DNA of 64,000 bases from a bacterium (GTDB lineage: Bacteria > Verrucomicrobiota > Verrucomicrobiia > Limisphaerales > UBA11358): NCBI GenBank assembly GCA_021813325.1, contig JAKALA010000007.1:10515-74514 (forward strand), read 5' to 3'. Under the pieces are notes generated by a model that saw only the letters and a list, made by a program, of their open reading frames with translations, was not told the DNA's origin and did no database searches. Both the position numbers and the translations under genes were made by a program. Shown here one piece after another: positions 57,475 to 64,000 of this stretch. Numbering within the stretch: position 1 is the stretch's first letter; every line of letters begins with the position of its first letter.

Positions 57475-60400
57475 ATGAAAATCAGAAGCCTTCCCCTTCT
57501 CATCACCGTTTTCGTCCTGTTCGCCCAGTGGACTAGCCGGGCGCAAACTTGGACGGATTTTTCCGCCCCCTCGGTGGTTCACATCAAATGTATTTACTCG
57601 CCGACGGGAGGTGCCACCGAACGGACCTTCTTCCTTGTGGACGGCAATGGACAGAAGACGGTAATCGCCTCCACCACGGGCTGGTTATATGACACCTACC
57701 GGATTCCGATGGATTCGCCCCCCCTACCAAGTCATGATGCGCACCGTCACGAGCACATCCACCAATGAGACGGTGGAGCTTGCGCTGCCCAAGCCGACGG
57801 AGATTTCCGGCCAAGCGGATTATGATGAAACGATTGACGCGCCGCCGGGCACCACGTCGTCCGGCTTTTCGGTGCAGACGGGCATTGCGGTGACGTTGGA
57901 GGGCGGCAACGTGGTGTGGACCAATGCCGCTTTCGGCGGGTGGGGTGAAATCACGCTGAACCACTGCAAATGCGGCTCGTTCAGTTCATCGGTTTCAAGC
58001 CTGACGTTGAACTTCTGCAAAACGGATGATGCGACTATTTATGGCACCAATGTGTTGATTCAAAGCTGCCTGCTCAACGGCGGCGTGGTCTTCAACGTCG
58101 GCGGCAGCCTGGAAATGAGCGGTTCCGAGGTGGCGCAAGGATGCCGGGTGGAATTGTCGGGCAATGTGCTACTGCACGACAACACGTTCTATGGCGACTT
58201 GAATTTGGTCAATCCCACCGGCCACACGACCGTGGTCCGCAACAACACCGCCCTCACCTGGATTTACAACGGCTCGTCGGATGGCCATGTGGAAAACAAC
58301 TACTACGGCGCTCCCTGGTCCACGCTGACCACCGAATATGGCTGGCTGGTGCCCTACCATTTGGATCCGGTGCCCTGCCTAGATGACGGGGCGATTGTGC
58401 GCAGTTCCCTGCCTGACCCGCGCAACATTGCGCCGTTCCGCTCCATCCGCATGGCGGCGGGACATTCAGTGATGGAATACCAAACTGGCACCTGGACCTA
58501 TAATTACTATCCGGGAAACTTTACCGGACGCATCCGGGTGGAACTGCCATTCGCCATGTCATTTGATCTAAAATCGAGCGCGGAGGAACTGTCCGGCGTG
58601 AAATATGAACTCGTCTATAACGGCACCACGTATCGTCCGGCCAACCCGTTCACCGCCACGGCGCGGTATCAGGTGGACAACCGGAAGGATAACGCGGATC
58701 TCACGCTCAATTTCATCCTGCCCGCCGCCACGGAGACGGGAACCAACGACTGGCAGTTGTTTGCCGATTTCAGCAGTTGCGGCGCCAACATCGTCAAACC
58801 CAGCCCGGCGCGGGTTTGCATTGCCGACGGCGGCATTCCCATTCAACCCGGCTTTGCCCGGCCGTTGCGGATTGGCGTGATGGAGATCGAACTCCAGGAC
58901 GGTTCGCCCGTGCCGAATTGCGGGTCCGGCGCGCGTAGCAAGGCCATCGCGCGGCTGAAGGACGATTTGCTGACCAAGCTCGGGTTGACGGCCTCGGAAG
59001 TGGAGGTGGTGGACTTGGGCTACTACACGTTTTCGGGCGGGCTGATTTCATCCTGGCTGTCCATGACGGACCTCGGCCGCGCCAATCAACTGCCATCGGA
59101 ATTGGAATGGTTCATTGGCGACTACAATTCCGCCGCGACCGATCCGCTGGATTTTGTGGTGGGCGTGGCTCCGGTCAATGCGCTGGGCGGGGCGGACGGC
59201 CTTTCGATGTCGCTACGGCGGCACGCGGTCCTGGTGGATGAATTTTCGCCGGACGCCGCGCTGCACGAACTGGGCCACGCGATGGGGTTATACACCGGCA
59301 CGGAGCAATACAACCTGGCCGCCGGTTATGTTTATGCCGGCGGTTTCCTGGTGCCGGGGCGCGGGCTGGAACTCGCCGAATTTTCCGCCTTCAATCCGTC
59401 CAGCCGTCCGAACACCGTCGTTACGCCGGGCACCATCCGCCATTTTCCGAGCTGTGTGCATAATGGCGTTTACGACGTGATGGGGGCGGTGAATCCGCAA
59501 TGGATCAGCCCTGACACTTCTTACCGGATGAACCAGTGGTTCACGGAGCATCTCAAACTCAAAACGAACGCGGTGGGCGCCGCCCAGAGCTTGCTGGTCA
59601 CCGCCAAGGATGGCGGCGGCATTACTCCCAAAGGCGGCTCCGCCTCGACCCGCACGGTTCATGTGGGCGCGATTTACTCCCGCCTGCCCGGCGATGATAA
59701 AATCTTTGTGCCTTCGATCCGTTTGGAGGAAGTGGTCGGCGGCAGCGTGGTCAACGAAGGCATTTACAACCTCAACTACAGTTTCCGCTCCTACGATTCG
59801 AAGGGCAATCTGCTGTCCTCGGCCCAATGTCAGTCGCCGCTGTCGGACTACACCACCAACACCTTCTGGCAGCAGGGTTTCGCCGTGCCCGCCACGGCGA
59901 CCCAATACAAATTATTTCACACCAGCGCTCCGGGCGATCTCGGCACCTATGCCGTGTGGAGTTGGAGTCCAAGTGCCGCGCCAACCAATCAATTGCAGGA
60001 AACCTACAACGCCGGCAGCGACACGTATGAACTGACGTGGGCTTATTCCGGCGCGCGGCGCGACGTGGAAAACCGCCTGTTGGTGAGCGGCGACAACGGC
60101 GCCACGTGGCGGCCGCTGCCGTTGCCAACTTATACGAACCACATCAGCATTCCGCGCGCGGGTCTGGCGCAGAACAATCCGCAGTTCAAACTGGTTTCCT
60201 CCGACGGCATCCACTCGGTCTTCAGCGCCGCCGTGCAAGGCTTGCCCGAAGTTGCTCTGCCACCCACGGTCCAGATCCTCAGCCCGCTCGCCGGCTCGCA
60301 AAGCACCACTGATGTCGTCTGGCAACTTCAGGCGCAGGTCTCGGACCCAAACTTCAGGCGCAGGTCTCGGACCCAAACCAGGACATTGCCACAATTCAAT

Positions 60401-62667
60401 GGCGTTCCAGCGTGGACGGCGTGCTGGGCACCGGCGCCGCGTTGTCCACAAACCTCAGCGCGGGCAATCACCTGTTGACGGTCATCGCCACGGACAGCTC
60501 CGGCTTGTCGGCCACCGACTCGGTGAACGTGGTGGTGGGCAATCTGACTTCGGTGGATTTGTCGCTCACCGCTGACGACATCCGTGTAAGTCCGGTTCAA
60601 AATGGTTACAGCTTGAACGCCGTCGGCTACGGGCAGACGAACAACCTGGAAGTCACCGTTCGCAATCAAGGTGTCACCAATCGCGTCCAAGTGCAGGTGT
60701 TCTGCGCGCGGCCCGGCGAAGTGGAAACGCCGCTCTACGATCAGGCACTGCTGATGCCGCCCTTCGACGAACAAACTTTGGCGCTGGCCTTCGGTGCGCC
60801 GACGCGCGGCGCTTACCAAATCCGCGCCGTCTGCACACCGCTTGATGTTCCCGATGCCAACCTGGCGAACAACCAGGCGATCGTAGATTACACCAACCAG
60901 CCGCCGCGCCTGTTTCCGAACCGCGTTTCCGTCATGGCGGACGCCCTGCCGCTCCACCTTCCGCTCGCGGCCCAGGACCCGAATGGCGACGCCGTCACCT
61001 TTGCCCTCGCGCCCACGGCGGGCGCTTCGCTCGCGCAAAACACGCTGACCTTCGACAACGGCGGCACACCCGGCAGTTTTCCGATTCAAGTCACCGCCTC
61101 GGATGGCAATCTGACTTCGCCGCCGGCCACCATTGTCGTGGATGTGTATTCCACGCCGGTGACACCGCCGCCCGCGCCCGTGATCACCTCGGGCACGTCG
61201 TTCACCGCGAACGCGGGCGCCTGGCTGGAGATTGACATCACGGCGGACAACGGCCCTTGCACCTTCACTTCCGCGAATTTGCCCACGGGCCTTTCGCTGG
61301 ATGCCAGCAGCGGCGTGATCACCGGGCAAATCAACACGGCGGGAACTTATCAGTTCTCCGTCACGGCCACGAACAATGGCGGCGCGGCCACCGCGCAAAT
61401 CACCTTGCAGGTGAACGCCACGGTCGTAGCGGCCGGCGACAATTTTGCCGAGGCCGTGCCGCTGGCCGGCGCACCGCTGATTTTTCAAGGCTCGACGACG
61501 GGCGCGACGCACGAGACTGGCGAACCGAATCATGCCGGAGCGATGGGCTCCGGTTCCATCTGGTGGCGTTGGACCGCGCCGTCGAATGGCGTCGTCGGCA
61601 TTCAATGGAACGGCCTGTTCATGCCCGCCGCTGTGGCGGTTTACACCGGCAACGCCCTTGACGCCCTCACGGAAGCCGGCGCGTTGTTCGGCTTCAATGC
61701 CATGACGTGTTTTAACGCCGTGGCGGGCCGGGAATATCATATCGCTCTGGACACCTTTGGAGATGCCACGTTCACGCTGAATCTCGTCTATCATCCCGAG
61801 CCGATTTTGCGCGGTCCAACGCAGGTCGTGGCTTATCAAAGCCAGCCGCTGGATGTGGCTTTCCAGACGTGGAACACCGCCACGGGCTTTGCCGCCACAA
61901 ACTTGCCGGCGGGCCTGGTGTTGAACCCGGCCACCGGCCACCTGACCGGCACGCCTACAGGTTACGGTTATTCCATGGTCGTGATCACCACGACCAATGC
62001 CGCCGGCAGCAGCACCGCGCAGGTCACGCTTGAAGTGCGCTCCGTCAACGCGCCCGTCATCACCAGCCCGCGCTACGCGACGGCCACCTTGGGCACTCCG
62101 TTCAGCTATCAACTCACCACCACGCACGCCTCGCCGGGCACGCTTTACGCCGGACCGCTGCCGGGCGGATTGTTGTTTGATGGCAACACGGGACTCATCT
62201 CGGGCACGCCCACCGAAAGCGGAACGTTCACGGTATATCTCAACGCCGGCAACACGAACACCTCCGAATACATCAACGAAAACCTGACCTTGCTGGTTCG
62301 CAACACCTACGCCCTCTGGCTGACCGACAGCGGATTTTCGGCCGCGGAACAGACCGATCCGCTGGCCACCGGTCCGAACGCCGATCCCGATCACGACGGC
62401 GCGAGCAACTATGCCGAATACATCGCCGGCACCAACCCGCGCGATCCGAACGATGTTTTGAAAGCCGCGTTGCACGTGGGGAACGGCGCGTTGTCACTTG
62501 AATGGCCCGGAAAAACCAACCGGCGCTACAATGTGTTGCAGGCGGACAATCTGGACGGAAGCTTTGGCGTGTGGTCCAACGACATCGCGCCCACACCGCC
62601 TTTGAACCGGATCAGCTTGCCGCTGGATGCAAACTCAGGGTTCTATCGCGTGCAGGTGCAGGAATAA
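57475..62667 (+). pseudogene. giant secreted HExxH / Ig-like / CARDB / He_PIG-repeat protein gene, interrupted by a homopolymer frameshift and a 26-bp tandem duplication
   Basis: Three consecutive ORFs in shifting frames (57475..57768, 57689..60478, 60412..62667) read as one protein once 1 C is removed from the C7 run (57718-57724) and one 26-bp repeat copy (60325-60350 or 60351-60376) is removed. Only the first ORF has a signal peptide. HELGH lies at 59264-59278. Confidence 0.75.
60325..60376 (+). repeat. perfect 26-bp tandem duplication (acttcaggcgcaggtctcggacccaa x2)
   Basis: Read directly from the sequence. Copy 1 is 60325-60350 and copy 2 is 60351-60376, and they are identical. Confidence 0.95.
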
Positions 62668-62687
62668 AATGCCGGCATCACGCCAAT

Positions 62688-63434
62688 TCAATGCGGATGC
62701 AGATGGTGCAAAATATGCGGGCGCTCCAGCCCGTGTGCGAGCATGAGTTTTTCATCAGACAATAACTCCCCCGTGCGGCCATCGGCGATGATCTCGCCGT
62801 GATCCAGCACAATGGTCCGGGCGCACAGTTCCACCGCCAGTTCCAGATCATGTGTGGCAATGATTTTGGTCGCCGGCAGACGACGCAACATGGCCTTAAA
62901 CTCGCGGCGCCCACGCGGATCAAGGTCGCTGGTCGGTTCATCCAGCACCAGGATTCTGGGATCGCACGCCAGCACGCCCGCCAGGCAGGCGCGCCGCTTT
63001 TCGCCGTGGCTCAAATGTTGCGTTGAGCGGCCTTCAAATCCACTCAGACCGACCTGGGCGAGACAGTGTTTCACACGGGCGACGGTTTCAGTTTCGCTCA
63101 AGCCGAGCTGTTGCGGACCGAAAGCCACGTCCTCCGCCACCGTCGGGCAAAACAACTGATCGTCCGGATCTTGAAACACCAACCCCACTTGTCGGCGAAC
63201 CAACTCCAGGTTTGCCGACGAAACGGCTTCGCCAAAAATTTTCACCGCGCCGGCTTCGGATTTTTTTTCCGGCAACAGGCCGTTGAGATGCAGCAGCAAG
63301 GTGGATTTGCCCGAACCATTTGGCCCCAGCAACGCGACGCATTCGCCGGGCAACACCCGGAAACTGATGCCGCGCAACGCTTCGGTGCCATCCCGATACC
63401 GGTATTTCAATTGGGTGATTTCGAGGGCGTTCAT
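62688..63434 (-). CDS. ECF/cobalt-type ABC transporter ATP-binding protein (CbiO/EcfA-like)
   Basis: [41 protein letters not shown]. The ATG at 63434 is preferred over the track start. Confidence 0.85.
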   Translation of the reverse strand: MNALEITQLKYRYRDGTEALRGISFRVLPGECVALLGPNGSGKSTLLLHLNGLLPEKKSEAGAVKIFGEAVSSANLELVRRQVGLVFQDPDDQLFCPTVAEDVAFGPQQLGLSETETVARVKHCLAQVGLSGFEGRSTQHLSHGEKRRACLAGVLACDPRILVLDEPTSDLDPRGRREFKAMLRRLPATKIIATHDLELAVELCARTIVLDHGEIIADGRTGELLSDEKLMLAHGLERPHILHHLHPH

Positions 63435-63436
63435 CG

Positions 63437-64000
63437 CTATTTCCAGCCGCGGGCGCACATGGCGCGGTAAATCCGCTCGGCCCGTTCGGAAGCGCGAACA
63501 AACAATTGTCCGAGCACTGTGGAAAGCAGCTTCCATTCAAACCGCCGACCGCGAACCAGCGTCCGACTGGCCCGGGCACGACGCATCCGCTCCGATTCGT
63601 CCGCCAGCACAAACAGATAGCGGTGCATCAGCGTCAGCGTGGTGACAAAAATCCACGGCACCGGCAGTTTGCTCAAAACGCGCAGCAGATCCGTGAACGG
63701 CGTGGTGACCGAAAGCAGCACCGTGGTGAACAGGCACAGATTGGTTTTCCAGAGCAGTGCGCCAAAAACCAGCAAACCGCCCGGCTGCAACAGGGCCAGC
63801 ACCGTCACGCCCAAAACAAACGGCTCTAAAACCAACAACCGTCGAACCAAAAAACGCCCGGAAATCCGGCCCGCAACCACGACGCCGAGCAGCAGAATGG
63901 TGACGGCCAACAATCCTCCCGTCCGCGTCCGGGGCAGCAAAACCACGAATAAAATCAGGCCCACCGCGACACCCAGCTTCAAACCAGCCGGACCGCGATG
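63437..64000 (-). CDS. ECF transporter transmembrane (T) component, CbiQ-like; 5' end probably outside window
   Basis: Multi-TM protein with the conserved C-terminal region (LMHRYLFVLADESERMRRARASR). The frame stays open to the window edge, and the track start at 63982 is a TTG. Confidence 0.7.
   Translation of the reverse strand, partial: HRGPAGLKLGVAVGLILFVVLLPRTRTGGLLAVTILLLGVVVAGRISGRFLVRRLLVLEPFVLGVTVLALLQPGGLLVFGALLWKTNLCLFTTVLLSVTTPFTDLLRVLSKLPVPWIFVTTLTLMHRYLFVLADESERMRRARASRTLVRGRRFEWKLLSTVLGQLFVRASERAERIYRAMCARGWK

Noticed and set aside
57689-60478. Treating 57689 (Met) and 60412 (GTG) as genuine gene starts of two separate proteins
   Set aside because: Neither has a signal peptide or a plausible N-terminus. 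Both are explained as continuations of one reading frame across the C7 run and the 26-bp duplication.
60328-62475. 715-aa minus-strand ORF, the longest unexplained ORF in the track
   Set aside because: It is antisense to the He_PIG/CARDB-repeat part of the giant secreted protein. It is extremely Arg/Gly-rich (RGRKSAVGQPEGVGVANQQG...) with no domain signatures. The plus-strand frame has clear repeat-domain structure.

Overview
GC-rich (about 58-60% by hand spot counts), gene-dense chromosomal window with roughly 55 protein-coding genes. I found no rRNA, tRNA, CRISPR array, transposase, integrase or prophage genes. All family calls come from motif recognition by eye; no searches were run.

Gene content:
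- Translation: glyQS, rpmI-rplT, pheS, pheT.
- Metabolism: gltB-gltD, guaB, purU, an ilvA-like threonine dehydratase, hemW, photolyase.
- Envelope: an Mla-like ABC system, a LolD/FtsX-type ABC system, and a co-directional envelope-proteostasis neighbourhood (exported MsrA, Prc/S41 protease, FKBP, DegP/HtrA, CbpA-type DnaJ, a secreted serpin).
- Signalling: a hybrid histidine kinase and a PAS-PP2C phosphatase.
- Secreted proteins: several large secreted proteins.

The gene repertoire (DUF4838, Laminin_G_3 proteins, giant secreted proteins ending in FFRL/FYRV, a four-helix-bundle 'IVS' protein) suggests a Verrucomicrobiota/PVC-type genome. This is inference only.

Most notable observations:
1. 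A four-helix-bundle (23S rRNA IVS-type) ORF is bracketed by ~30-bp inverted repeats. Arm, ORF and arm exactly fill the spacer between the ATPase and permease cistrons of an ABC operon.
2. A PaeR7I/XhoI-like type II R-M cassette starts 6 nt after pheS, inside a split pheS...pheT pair.
3. A ~1,720-codon secreted HExxH/Ig/CARDB/He_PIG protein gene is broken by a C7 homopolymer frameshift and by a perfect 26-bp tandem duplication.
4. A LamG gene loses its conserved C-terminal FFRL module through a frameshift at an A6 run.
5. A recurrent ~65-aa C-terminal module ending in FFRL/FYRV is shared by the neighbouring secreted proteins.
6. An MlaF-like ATPase keeps Walker A but has lost the Q-loop Gln, the signature motif, the catalytic Glu and the H-loop His.

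I did not recognise a clear-cut novel multi-gene system. The IVS-like cassette and the FFRL-module secreted-protein cluster are the best candidates for undescribed biology.
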